Below are positions 13,421 to 35,072 of a DNA stretch of 64,000 nt, piece by piece. The first letter of the stretch is position 1, and the number at the start of each line of letters is the position of its first letter. The stretch is from Mytilus edulis (lineage: Eukaryota): contig NC_092353.1 in NCBI RefSeq assembly GCF_963676685.1, forward strand, positions 8,680,001-8,744,000. The letters run 5' to 3'. The position numbers and the translations under genes are program-made. The notes under the pieces were generated by a model that was not told the DNA's origin, made no database searches, and was given only the letters and a program-made list of their open reading frames with translations.

Positions 13421-14946
13421 TTCTTGGAAGTAAACATAAAGTTATGAGCATGTCATTTGTAAGGCATTGCATCATTATTTCCATGGGTCTTTCGTTTGTT
13501 ATCATAAAAATTCTGTTGTATGCAATCAATGCATTTACAAAGATTAACAATCACAAAGCAAAGGTCTTGATTTATTAAAATCGAAATATCTATAATAAGC
13601 ATTATATGTCAAAGGATATGATAAAATAATAATTTTGAAGATGTCACAATTAGTGTTAATCTAATACAAAGGATATCGCTAAAAATATATAACTGTGATT
13701 GTTACAAAATATATTAGCATGCTAAGGTAACTAAACAATATGCAAGTAAATGTTACTTATCGAGGACAAAATTGATAACAAAAAAAGTTCCTTCTGTGAT
13801 AGATTGAACAATGAGTGTGTAAAACGTTCGTTTTATAGTCATGATGGTTAAAAATTACATTTCGAAATTGCTTTCCCTGACTTATTAAACGCATATTAGT
13901 CATAAGAATGATTATAGTTGAAAATATATAGGAGCCTACATTTCAGTGTTAATCGACTTTCTGTAATATTTGTTTTTCGTTTATTGTTTTGTACATAAAT
14001 CAGGCTATTATGATTCTTGTTTGAATTTTGTTTCATTTCACTGCAGCATCATAATGTATCTGGTTGTTGTAAGTTGTCTTATTAGCAGTCATACTACATG
14101 TACTAAGTCTTTTTTCTAATTCTTATATTACGATCAGCCCTTTTGTTCATAGAAATATTCACCATGTAAGCCACAATTATGAATTTCGTCGAGAAAAAAG
14201 TAAACAACGTTAGAAAAACATTCTTATTCACAAAAACAACAAAGCTTAAAGATCTTGAACTTCCAACTCTTAAACATATCTGTTTATATTTCTTTATTCA
14301 ATCAAATATTATAACACCAAAGTACATCTTGTAATTACTTACATTTTGTATAAAGTAAAGTAAATATAAATAAATGCTTGAGACAATTTAAGACGTTTGG
14401 CATCAAATACAATCATATAAAATACAGCCTATTTTAGAACATATATACTCTTTGTTCGAATTAAATATGTAACCTTACATGATTATTTGTTCACTTTCTC
14501 CATGTAATTGTGATTTTGTTTCTTGGCAACTAAAGGAATTATGTAACACCAAAATAAATGTATACAAATGTACAGGCATGTATAGTAATCAGACAGGTCA
14601 TTTTTCCTTTTAAGAGTTAAAAGATTGTAAAATGGGGACCAATACATGAAATGTAATCATAGTTGAGTTAAATTGTATATATAAAACTTAACAAAATATC
14701 AATTGTAATATGAACATATATAAATGATCTTAAGTTTGAATAATGCTGAAAACTAATTAAATTAAAATAACAACAATACCGAACTCCGAGGAAAACGTAT
14801 TCAAAATTCTTTACAAAGAATTTAAAAAGAAAAATTTAATATAGTTAACATTTTAACATGGGCAATTTTTCAAAACTTGTGAATTAAATTATCAAGGACA
14901 GACATGAAACATATAATAATACAATGAGGAATATATGTTTCATACA

Positions 14947-15380
14947 AAAATAGACAATTTGACTTTAAAAATACACCTGGTCAAGTTACCTATAAATTCA
15001 AATTTATTTGAAAGAACAAAATATCTTTTGTGATAAACATTATTGTATCAACATGCGTTACAATATTAACCTTGGAAGAACGTAAAATATTTGTTATTCG
15101 TGGCAATTTGGTAACCTTTTTAAAAAAAATAGAATTAAAATATAATTTGTACTGGTTATATGTTTCATAAAAAATTAGACAATTTGACTTTAAAAAATAC
15201 ATCAGTTACCTGGAAATTCTCATTTATTTGAAAGAAAAAAATATCTTTTTTGATACATAATATTGTATCAACATGCGTTACAATAATAACCATGAAAGAA
15301 CTTTAAAAATTTGTTATTCGTGGCAATTTGGAAACCTTTTAAAAAAAAATAGAATTAAAATATAATTTTTACTGATTATT
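14947..15380. repeat. ~225-bp tandem duplication in the BDH2 3' UTR region
   Basis: TAGACAATTTGACTTTAAAAA...TTGTATCAACATGCGTTACAATA...TAGAATTAAAATATAATTT occurs twice (14947-15160, 15172-15380). Confidence 0.85.
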
Positions 15381-15440
15381 TTGTTATCATTCTTTTTTTC
15401 GTATTTAAGAATTTTCTTGGATCCATCACAACATCTTCCA

Positions 15441-25160
<9,720 letters not shown>

Positions 25161-26312
25161 CTGAAAGTACAGTAATGGATGCGATTATTAGATAAAAATT
25201 CAGTGCTCTTAAAATAGTTCCAATAAAAGGTAGCTGTCACAGTAATTTTAGTTATTACAAGGACGTATATACGTCCTTTATTTTTATAACGACATTATAG
25301 AAATGTACATGAATAAACAAAATAGTAATCTAACACGAGATACAAAGTTTCAAGGAATTTAATCAGTAATATAGTAGGATATTACAGCACACACAACTAT
25401 AGAAATATTGAAAAAAAACTTCAAAGTCCAAAGAGTCTATTGTAGAATTTGTGCAAACTGGAATTCCTTACAGTCCTGACAATATGCACATATTGACTTT
25501 GTGATGCAACACTTTTGAAAGTTTCATTTTAAAAAAATCCATATTTGTTCAAGTAGGTCAGCAAAATATGATTTTTAACAACTTAACAAACATAAACTTA
25601 GTGGTAGATTTAGCTACCTGTATTTACCTATCTGTTTAATTAGTTTGATTGATTTGATAAGCATGCACTTTTGTTGTGATAATTGCTTGCACCTATTCCT
25701 AAAGGATGTTGGCATTGAAGGAATAAACAAAGTCAACACCCGACACATGTTCCTTGACGTATTTTGATTTATTGAATTACCTTAAAGTTAATAAATGACA
25801 TCAGAAAGGATAAAAAGATAATAATTAAGAATTAAACATGTTAAATGCTTCAAATTTGATTTTATTGAGATGTAAAAGTGTTGACCTAAGCACATTTCGC
25901 ATGAAGTACGGATGCAATGCGCTCAATTCAAAAAATAAATGTGGTTAAAGTTCAAGGCTTACACAGCCCTATAACAAAAGCATTAAATTCTCATAACTAC
26001 ATTTTTATGTTGCAAACAAGAAATACTGAGTTTGTTTTTATGCACTGTTTTAACGTTGTCTCTGAGTTAATTATTGTCAATTAAATACTATTCATTCATT
26101 CATATCTTTAATTCCTCATAAATGAGATTCAATGAACATACAATTAATAAATATAAGCAAACGTTACAACATAATTACACACAAATTATTAGTATAAGAG
26201 CAAAGTATAAGGTAAATACACAAAAGATGATATATAAATAATCTATAAAAGCAATATTTAAAGTATAACTGCAGTGACACATCATGTATTGACACATCGT
26301 GTATTGACACAT

Positions 26313-28390
26313 CTAATAACACTGTCTAAGAGATCGACTATATTCTGCTACACACTGAATAACATGTGCATGGCACAGCTTGAGAAATTGAACCGATTCA
26401 TCTATGCTTGAAAAAATTGTCAGTGGTTTTCGACCGAGTAACATTTGAAACAGGATTTCGTCGTCATACATGTTTAATTCACAGTAAAGCTGCACTGGAA
26501 AATTGTCACTTAAAATGTCCCACCAGACTTCTCGCTGTGCATTAGTACTTGGACAATTGCAACAAGCGTGTACATAAACATCTTTAAAATTCCTTGAACA
26601 TATATCACATATATCACTTGTTGTATTTGGTATTTCAGTTAGTAATTTAGTGATTAAAAAAGAATTTTTAATCTCATTAAAAGAATTTGAGTGTTTCCAA
26701 AATTCTGTAATTGTCACTGACGTATGAATATTCCTGAAACGTGTGAAGCTGTCATCTGAAATAACACGGTTTAACCAATTGTTTAACTGTATACTATCGA
26801 CTGCGCTATAAACAATAGACTTCCAAATTTGTTTTGTTGGAAATGTTCCATCTTCAATATAGTCAAGAAGGTAACTCATAAGTCCATACTGTTTTAAAAT
26901 GTCAACGATATCAGGAATAAATCCGTAGTGTTTCCTTTGAGAGTCTATAAAGAAAGTAAACAATCTGGTGAGAAATATTCTCTTAGAAATAGACGAAATG
27001 TCTAAAGTACACAGTTTTTGTAGGAAAATAAGTTTTTTGTTGTCTATATATCCTGTTATTGGATGAATACCAAGAATACTTTCGCACATATCAGATCGAG
27101 TCGACGTTTTCAAGTTGAGAATATGTTTCACTATAAAATGTTGAAACCGGTTTAAAGTAGCTTTATCATAAGATTTCATGTTATTCCACACCTCACACCC
27201 GTATAAAACACTGGGTAGTATCACAGTTTTATATAGTTTGAGTAACACACACGGGTTTGTTGCATTTGTCTTTATGCCATTCAACGCAAAGTATGCGTTT
27301 CTGCCTTTTCTGCAGGAACTTTCAGTTCTTTGATTTGATTTAAATCGATAGTTTAATTCTATACCTAAGTGTAGATAGTTATTTGCTATCGGAATACGTT
27401 CATTACCAATAAACCATGGAAAATTGACACTGATCTCTCTCGTATTCACAGAAAATTGAATGATACATGACTTATTTGCATTGAAGCGAAAACGCCATTT
27501 CTTTGAATATTGGTTACACACATTAAGCATACGTTGTAAGGATGCTGGAGATGTGGCAATACATGATATGTCATCTGCAAGAGCAGGTGCACAACAATTG
27601 ATATTGAAAATACCTGTATTTGGATTAAATTTTTCCAGATCACATATTAAATCATTTATAAATACTAAATACAATAAACCTGAGAGCACACCTCCTTGTC
27701 GTACACCTTCTAATACAGGGAAAAAACTTGATTGACATTGATTGACAATAACTGCACTTTTCGTATTATAATGACAGTCATTAATTAATAACCATAGTTT
27801 ACCATTTACACCAAGTTTAAACAGTTTGTACATTAAACCTATCCTCCATACCGTATCAAAAGCTTTCCTGCTATCAAGGAATGCTACAAAAATTTTACTA
27901 AATAATTCAATATTATGAAATATAGTTTCATGTAAATTAAAGGATGCAGTAAGACATCCGAGATATTTCTGAAAGCCTTGCTGCTGAGGGTTCGGAAAGA
28001 CACTTCCATCAAAGACATATAACAACAATCTTGACTTAATAACATGCTCAAACACTTTGAGAACACATGGAAGTAACGTGATTGGTCGGTAACTGTCCGG
28101 TGAGGTCTTCGGTTTATTGTTGCCTTTAAATAATGGAACAAGGAGACCTAGTTTCCATCCATTAGGGATACGACCTTTACTCACAACTAGATTGAATAAC
28201 GATGTTAAGCATCGGACTAAAGTATGTCCACCATACAACAGATGTTCATGTTGAATTTTGTCATGGCCACTAGCTTTTCTACGCTTCAAGAGTTTAATTA
28301 TACCATCGACTTCACTTTCTTTGATAATACCACCTGGTAAATACACGTTTTGTTCATAACAAGATTTTAATATTTTATTGTAATCAAGGT
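26313..28390 (-). pseudogene. RT plus C-terminal Cys/His region of outer LINE ORF2
   Basis: KASGHD, YRPITLL, FLDSRKAFD, GVRQGGVLS, ALADD, YLHLG and CDIC...HACCNC. Open for about 695 codons to the natural stop. Confidence 0.9.
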
Positions 28391-28656
28391 AAAATGATTA
28401 AATGATCGGATGTACTACTAACCGAACCCTCGCTAAGTATTTCATAAGACTTAAGCTGTCTATATATACTATCATTCATAAGAATATAATCAATCATTGA
28501 TGTCTTATTAATAAATGTATAATCTGGCCCTTTATACGCATGCGCCAGTTTGAATGGCAGTGAAAATTTTCGTTCTTGAAATATGATTTAAAAATGCGTA
28601 AAACTTGTGAATATGCAGCATTCGTTAATTTTTATTGGATTTAAATGTGATTAGTA

Positions 28657-29859
28657 ATGCCAAAAAAGACTGACAAAAAAATCAAACAGGACAAAAAGGA
28701 CAAAAAGGACAAAAAACGAAAGAGGGAAAAGGCTAAAGGAAACAATTCATCTGAAGGCTCGACAAGTGACAGTTCTTTGTTTACAAAAGGAAAGAAGAAA
28801 AAGTGTTCAGGTGACATAAAGGTTGACGAAAACAAGGTATTATTAACAGATACACTCAGCGAGGCATTCTCATGTCTTTACAACAACTCACCTACTATTA
28901 ATTACGATCAGAATACAAACATGAACAATTCGATTAATCAGGGATTTAGTCAATACACACCCATTCAATCAAGTACACCAAATTTCCAGTACCATGGCCA
29001 GCCCTACCAGTTTCAACAATTCCCCAGTCCACCACCGCCACCCCCACCCCTACCGCCTCATCTAGCAACAAACGGAATTGAGATGATACTTAATGAATTA
29101 TGTAAAAAAGTTGATGCGATGGAAACAAAACTCAACAAGCTAGACTGTATTGAAGAGCGATTAAACAAATACGAATCGAAATTTACTGCTGTTGATGTTG
29201 ATATGAAATCCTGCAAAGACAGAATAAGTACGCTTGAACATAGTGCCCAATTTATGTCCGATATAAAAGATGAACATCAAGCTATTAAAAAGAAACTTGA
29301 AAAGGTGTCTGAAAGTATAGAAACCTCAAAAACAGTAAACTTAAATGTGAAAAATAGACTTGTCGACGTTGAAAAACAAAACTTTAGTAATAATCTTCTG
29401 TTCTTTGCTATCGATGAACAAATGGAAATTACTGAAATGGATACCGGAATAAACGGGGCACAGGGTGATACCGAGGAGGCGAATGCGGCGGGAAAAAAAG
29501 AACCGGAAAATTGCATCAAAATTATTACAGATTTTCTCGAGACAAGGTTGAACATTAAAGATGCTAAAACGCGCATAAAACTCGAAAAAGCCTATAGACT
29601 TGGTAGGAAAAAGACGAATGCCGAAAAACCGAGACCAATAGTGGTAAAATTTGCTGAATTCGGTGATCGAGAAATGGTACGAAAAGCTTCGGGTCGCTTA
29701 AGACAAACAAGTTTTGGAATTAGTCCTCAGTATCCGACAGAGGTGTTACTAAAACGAAAGAAATTGATACCAGTGATGAAGGAAAAACGTAAAGAAAATA
29801 AAGAGGCATATCTAGTAGGGGATAAATTGTTCATTGAAGGAAAGTTGTGGAAGGAATAG
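28657..29859 (+). CDS. ORF1 protein of inner LINE (basic N-terminus, proline run, coiled coil, L1-like RRM/CTD)
   Basis: NNLLFFAI, AYRLG...PRPIVVKF, FGISPQYP...RKKL and AYLVGDKLFIEGK are typical of L1-type ORF1 RRM-CTD. Confidence 0.88.
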   Translation: MPKKTDKKIKQDKKDKKDKKRKREKAKGNNSSEGSTSDSSLFTKGKKKKCSGDIKVDENKVLLTDTLSEAFSCLYNNSPTINYDQNTNMNNSINQGFSQYTPIQSSTPNFQYHGQPYQFQQFPSPPPPPPPLPPHLATNGIEMILNELCKKVDAMETKLNKLDCIEERLNKYESKFTAVDVDMKSCKDRISTLEHSAQFMSDIKDEHQAIKKKLEKVSESIETSKTVNLNVKNRLVDVEKQNFSNNLLFFAIDEQMEITEMDTGINGAQGDTEEANAAGKKEPENCIKIITDFLETRLNIKDAKTRIKLEKAYRLGRKKTNAEKPRPIVVKFAEFGDREMVRKASGRLRQTSFGISPQYPTEVLLKRKKLIPVMKEKRKENKEAYLVGDKLFIEGKLWKE

Positions 29860-32800
29860 GAGTTTGCGGAGAATGGCTGTAGTACTGTTGAAAGTGGTAA
29901 ATGTAATAAATGTTCATTAAATGTGTGCTCATGGAATATCTCCAAAGGTCTGTTGCGGAAACTAAAAGACAAAGAATTCTTAACGGAAATAACAAATTGT
30001 GATATCGTATGCTTAAATGAGTGCTGGGTCAAATGCCCGACGGAATTTGAATTAAATGGTTATGATAAAAAGTTTGTTTATAGGGAAAAGTGCAACGGAG
30101 GAGGAGTAATTGTTTTCTATAGAAAGTGGTTAAATCCGTATATTGAAGTATTGAATTGTTGTGCTGATAGTATGATATGGTTAAAAATAAGCAATGTTAT
30201 TATGTTTGATAGTAAAGATTTGTACCTGTGTGCTATATATATGCCCCCTGATAATAATGTGTTTTACCGAAAGTATGACTTAGATGTCTTTGAAGTTTTG
30301 CAGGAACAAATAGAACATTACAGTGTATTAGGTAACATTGCAGTGATTGGTGATCTCAACGGAAGAATAGGTTTAGAAAATGACTTCATAATGCAAGACA
30401 ATTTAAATGTATTTAATTGCAATGAAACTGATTTACTTAATTATGAACCTGGTCTACCAAGTAAAAGAACAACAGAGGACATAAAGCCGGCTAATTCATT
30501 TGGTCGTAAAATTTTGAACTTATGTAAATCTTCTGGTATAAGAGTATGTAATGGTCGTTTTGGGAAAAAAAGTGAAACTTTTACATTTCAAAATAAGAAT
30601 GGATGTAGCATAATTGATTATTTGCTTTTATCTTGTGATTCATTTTCTATTGTTAATGATTTTGTCATTGGTGATTTTACTACTTTTTCATGTCATGCAC
30701 CGTTAAAAGTTGTATTTAAACTTAAAGGATTAACTTTAAATGAAATATGTACTTGTAAAACTGTAAAATATGATTGTTATAAATGGAATGAAGGGTTTAA
30801 AGATGACGTTAAAAGGGACCTTGCGGCAAATTCCGATAAAGTTAATGAACTGATGAATAGTTTATCCGACGAGCCAAGGAATATCGACGAAATTGTGAAC
30901 AATATTAATTCGTGTCTCTCCGGTATTGTCAATAAATATACAAAAACAGAAGTGACTAAAGTTTTAAAATGTGATTATTGTAACAGCTCGAAGCGAACTT
31001 ATAAACCTATACATATAGGGCAAGATAAACCGTGGATAAACGATGATTGCAAACAATTGTATATAGAATATAGACGCTCATTAAAACAATTTAACCAAAA
31101 TAAGTGTGAAGAAAATAGACTAATTTTAAATCTTGCTAAACAAAGATTTAAACGAAGCGAGAATAGTTTAAAAAGACGATATAAAAAACAGAGGGGAAAC
31201 ATGTTGAGTTCTATGAGAAAAAAGAATCCAAAGTACTTTTATCGAAAATTCAGGAAACGAAAAAAGGCCATACAAAGCAACATAAAGTTAAACGATTTTG
31301 TGACGCATTTTAAAAACTTAGTTTCTAAAGAAGAAATTGACGACGGACCGGAAGAAGAAGTCAACAATGAAGTCATTTATGACGAATTGGACCGACCTTT
31401 TACGGAGCAAGAAATTGATGTTTGTGTTAAAAAATTGAAAACTGAAAAAGCAACAGGCTATGACAATCTATTAAATGAATTTTTGAAGGAGTGTAAATTA
31501 GCCCTACTGCCACTGTTATGTAAACTTTTTAACGTAATACTTATTACAGGTTGGTTTCCAGAAATATGGGTCAAGAGTGTTTTAGTTCCGCTATTTAAAA
31601 AAGGTCCAGTTGATGAAACAAGAAATTACAGAGGAATTTCGCTTGTGTCTCATGTTGGGAAATTGTTTACTTCTGTCATTAATACAAGACTATTAAAGTG
31701 GTGCAAAGAATACAGTATATTGACTGATGCGCAGTTTGGATTTGTCCCTGGATATGGTACACACGACGCGATTTTTGCCCTTCATTCTATTGTATCAAAA
31801 AGTTTACGTAAAGGAAAACGTCTCTATTGTTGTTTTATTGATTTTGTCAAAGCCTTCGACAGTGTGTCACATTATGTTTTATGGCAAAAAATGTTAAAAT
31901 GTGGTATTAGTGGAAATTTACTGAATCTTATTAAATCAATGTATTCTAAGTTGAAAACTTGTGTTAAATTAGATGGTGAATTTTCAGATTTCTTTCATTG
32001 TAATGTTGGCCTAATGCAAGGCGAATCATTATCACCATTTTTATATGCAATTTATGTAAATGACATAGAAATTGAGTTAATTAAACAAGGAATAGAACCA
32101 TATGAAGTAAAATTGTTAAATCTTTATCTTTTTATGTATGCTGATGATACAGTTCTCTTCAGCGAAAGTATATCTGATTTACAAAAAATGATAGTCACTG
32201 TATATGATAGTTCATACAAGAATGGTCTTGACATTAATTTAAGAAAAACCAAAATAGTTGTTTTTCGTAACAAAGGTGTACTGAAAGAGAACGAAAAATG
32301 GTATTTGAATGGTAAAATGATAGAAATGTGTGATCAGTTTGTATATCTTGGTTTGTTATTAAACTATAACGGTACTTTTACTGTAACACAGAAAACACTA
32401 TCTGAACAGGGTAGAAAGGCTACATTTTGTTTATTGAGTAAAATTTATGATGATTGTTATAACACTGAGACTTTGATGTCCTTATTTGATACATATGTAA
32501 CAAGTATTGTGAATTATGGTTGTGAAATATGGGGTTTCCATAAGGGAGCAGATATAGAAACGCTTCATTTGTATTATCTAAAAAGAATTTTGAAAGTGAG
32601 AAAAACGACTGTAAACCACATGGTGTATTTTGAACTTGGGCGTTTACCATTGTATGTAAACAGATATGTAAGAATGATACGTTACTGGTTGAAGTTATTA
32701 GAATCTAATAATTGTATATTGAATAGTATTTATGAAGATATGTACGAATCTAGTTTTGTCAAACCGAATGATAAACTCAATTGGAGTTGTAAAATAAGAG

Positions 32801-33324
32801 ACATACTAAACAGGTATGGATTTAATGATATATGGTTAGCACAAAATGTTGGAAATAGTCAATTATTTTTGCATGAATTTAAAAAAAGAATTGTTGATAA
32901 TTATATAGCTGAAGCCTTGTCATTTTTTGAAAATACTTCAAAATGTAATTTATATCAATATATACATGATGGACATACTTTGCAATTTTATTTAAATCGA
33001 CCATTGAACAGTTTATACCAGTCATATGTAACTAAATATAGAATCAATTCACATTCACTTAATGTAGAAACTGGAAGATACTTTAATATTTCCAGAAATG
33101 AGCGTGTTTGTAATATGTGTAATAAGAAAGTAATCGAAGACGAATATCATTTTATATTAGAGTGTGATAAATATGTAAATGTCAGAAGTAAATATATTAA
33201 GATATATTATTATAGAAACCCATCTACCTTCAAATTAGTTCAATTACTATCTGTAAGAAATATTAAAGAATTAAATAATCTGGGTAAATACCTCTATGAG
33301 GCAGAGAAAATTCGTAACACTTGA
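29860..33324 (+). CDS. ORF2 of inner LINE: AP endonuclease + reverse transcriptase + CCHC knuckle
   Basis: SWNI, NECW, GDLNG, IIDY, NYRGISL, FIDFVKAFD, QGESLSP, YADD, YLG and CNMC..EDEYHFILEC. The frame is open from directly after the ORF1 TAG; there is no ATG before the endonuclease motifs. Confidence 0.92.
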   Translation, partial: EFAENGCSTVESGKCNKCSLNVCSWNISKGLLRKLKDKEFLTEITNCDIVCLNECWVKCPTEFELNGYDKKFVYREKCNGGGVIVFYRKWLNPYIEVLNCCADSMIWLKISNVIMFDSKDLYLCAIYMPPDNNVFYRKYDLDVFEVLQEQIEHYSVLGNIAVIGDLNGRIGLENDFIMQDNLNVFNCNETDLLNYEPGLPSKRTTEDIKPANSFGRKILNLCKSSGIRVCNGRFGKKSETFTFQNKNGCSIIDYLLLSCDSFSIVNDFVIGDFTTFSCHAPLKVVFKLKGLTLNEICTCKTVKYDCYKWNEGFKDDVKRDLAANSDKVNELMNSLSDEPRNIDEIVNNINSCLSGIVNKYTKTEVTKVLKCDYCNSSKRTYKPIHIGQDKPWINDDCKQLYIEYRRSLKQFNQNKCEENRLILNLAKQRFKRSENSLKRRYKKQRGNMLSSMRKKNPKYFYRKFRKRKKAIQSNIKLNDFVTHFKNLVSKEEIDDGPEEEVNNEVIYDELDRPFTEQEIDVCVKKLKTEKATGYDNLLNEFLKECKLALLPLLCKLFNVILITGWFPEIWVKSVLVPLFKKGPVDETRNYRGISLVSHVGKLFTSVINTRLLKWCKEYSILTDAQFGFVPGYGTHDAIFALHSIVSKSLRKGKRLYCCFIDFVKAFDSVSHYVLWQKMLKCGISGNLLNLIKSMYSKLKTCVKLDGEFSDFFHCNVGLMQGESLSPFLYAIYVNDIEIELIKQGIEPYEVKLLNLYLFMYADDTVLFSESISDLQKMIVTVYDSSYKNGLDINLRKTKIVVFRNKGVLKENEKWYLNGKMIEMCDQFVYLGLLLNYNGTFTVTQKTLSEQGRKATFCLLSKIYDDCYNTETLMSLFDTYVTSIVNYGCEIWGFHKGADIETLHLYYLKRILKVRKTTVNHMVYFELGRLPLYVNRYVRMIRYWLKLLESNNCILNSIYEDMYESSFVKPNDKLNWSCKIRDILNRYGFNDIWLAQNVGNSQLFLHEFKKRIVDNYIAEALSFFENTSKCNLYQYIHDGHTLQFYLNRPLNSLYQSYVTKYRINSHSLNVETGRYFNISRNERVCNMCNKKVIEDEYHFILECDKYVNVRSKYIKIYYYRNPSTFKLVQLLSVRNIKELNNLGKYLYEAEKIRNT

Positions 33325-33469
33325 TTTTGTTATGAACCTTTATTATCAATGTGAATTGTATGCCAAACTCCGCTATATATTAATGCTGTATATGTTTATG
33401 TAAACTGTATAATTTGTGTATGTATTTAATCCTATGAGCTGTATATTTGCTTACGGAATAAAGAATTAT

Positions 33470-34102
33470 ATGTTTAATTTTTCCACCTGAAAATAGCAAT
33501 TGATATCTTTTAACAAATTTTATTAGCTCCGCAGATTTGTTCTTGTTTGAACATATTTTATCTTTCTCAAGACAACTGGCATTTAAATCCCCTGCGATTA
33601 TAACATTGCCATAATTACTATAATGAGTATATAATGCATCTAATATATTAAGTTCTGTTCTATAGTTATCTACAGATTCATCAGATGGTAAATATGCCCC
33701 AAAAATAAATAATGACCCTGTAGATGGGGTTTTGATCTCAAGACCAACAATTCTTTCTGAGTTCGTATCATGAATTTCATTAATAGAAAATTGAAGTGTG
33801 CTCTTATACAGGATGGCAATACCACCTTTGCCATGATATGCGTTATAAAAATTAGGCAAGGAATCAGCTTTACATACACAATTATATCCTTGTTCAATAC
33901 TTGACAAATAATTTAAGGATCTGGTTTTAAGTTTATGTTCAGAGATAATACAAACATCACAATCAGTACTTCTTAATAAATTACTCAAACATACAGTAGA
34001 AGACATAATACCTCTTACATTCCATGCTAAAAGTTTTAGACTAGACATTATAAGAAACAAGGTAACCAAGGTAACAAGGGAAAATAATATTTGACACTGC
34101 AT
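33470..34102 (-). pseudogene. N-terminal AP-endonuclease part of outer LINE ORF2 (truncated by nested insertion)
   Basis: MSSLKLLAWNVRG, ISEH, GKGGIAIL, GAYLPS and IAGDLNA motifs. It stops before the IDY and SDH motifs; the last ~30 aa of the listed ORF are antisense inner-element sequence. Confidence 0.85.
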
Positions 34103-34114
34103 TTTGATTGTTTA

Positions 34115-35072
34115 TTATGAGTCTGGTTCATGATGAGCATCATCCGTAAAGCGTTGATTCCATTCACGGTTGCTTAACCATTTTCTACAATACACGCCTT
34201 TCGGCCAAAAGTTTTCTGTTTCAACAATTTCCGCACAGTTTTCTGCGATATTAAGCTTCGCAGATATCCGACGATCATTGTTCCTTGTGCTAAACAAACG
34301 TAAGTATGTCACATGTACATTTTTAGTTTCTAAGTAACTTAAAATTCCAGCTCGCGTAGATTTTGAGTCAATTCCTGACAAGTAATACCTAGCCGTTCTA
34401 TTCTTTGTAACACCCGTAAAAAAGTTTTCATTTGTCGTTTCAACATGGCTAGTGACTCCTTCAAGTCGAACAGGAATTTTATAAGTTATGTTTTCCGTAT
34501 TTGGTTTTGATATGTCTCTGTTTCCTTCGTTTTGCGTTTCGTGCGTCTTGTACGGTAAACCTGTAACATTATCCTTTTTCTATGTTTTGTTTACAAGTTA
34601 CGGGTGATCGACTTTCTGGTATTTCTATAGGTGATAACTGACCACTTCTCGTACTAGAGTGTATCTGTATACCGGTGGTATGCGGACTATCTGGGGTTCC
34701 CGGTGGGGTTACTTTAGAGGCATAAGATTGTTTTGAATTCCATTTCAACTCGCTAATATTCTTTTGTAGACTTACGCTTAATTTACTATGTCGCTCAAGT
34801 TCGGAGTCAAACCGTTTTACATTAGCTGTATACGAATTAAAGTCAAATTCACCAATAGCTTTGGATTGTTGGTTTATTAGCTTGTGGTTTGCGTCATACT
34901 GTGTAAATTTACGTTCACAATTGATTAGGTGTTGGTTTAATCGCTCATTCGTGCTCGAAAGTTCTGTTTTTAATTTGTCGTTTTCAGTTTTAATGTTTTT
35001 GATAATTCTTTTATTTTCGATTTCGTTTTTCTCTAATAGAACTACTATAAAAAGATAATCTTCGTTTTCCAT
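34115..35072 (-). pseudogene. ORF1 of outer LINE (coiled coil plus C-terminal RRM-like region), split by a 1-nt frameshift
   Basis: ORFs 35072-34569 and 34381-34115 join into one frame if one A is removed from the A-run at ~34575. The intervening frame is open (KDNVTGLPY...FFTGVTKNRTARYYLSGID). Confidence 0.75.

Larger units (their letters stand above)
28390..33470 (+). mobile_element. inner, apparently full-length non-LTR retrotransposon (RTE-X/L2/CR1-like group; clade not determined)
   Basis: About 270-nt 5' UTR, intact ORF1 and ORF2, 3' UTR ending AATAAAGAATT at ~33457-33467. Flanked on both sides by the two halves of the outer element's ORF2. Confidence 0.92.

Noticed and set aside
33380-33470. 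C-terminus of the 240-aa endonuclease ORF as a stand-alone protein
   Set aside because: It is run-on into the antisense 3' UTR of the nested element; the catalytic C-terminal motifs are missing.
27446-34902. Small antisense or alternate-frame ORFs overlapping the LINE ORFs
   Set aside because: They are shadows of long coding frames with no recognisable motifs.
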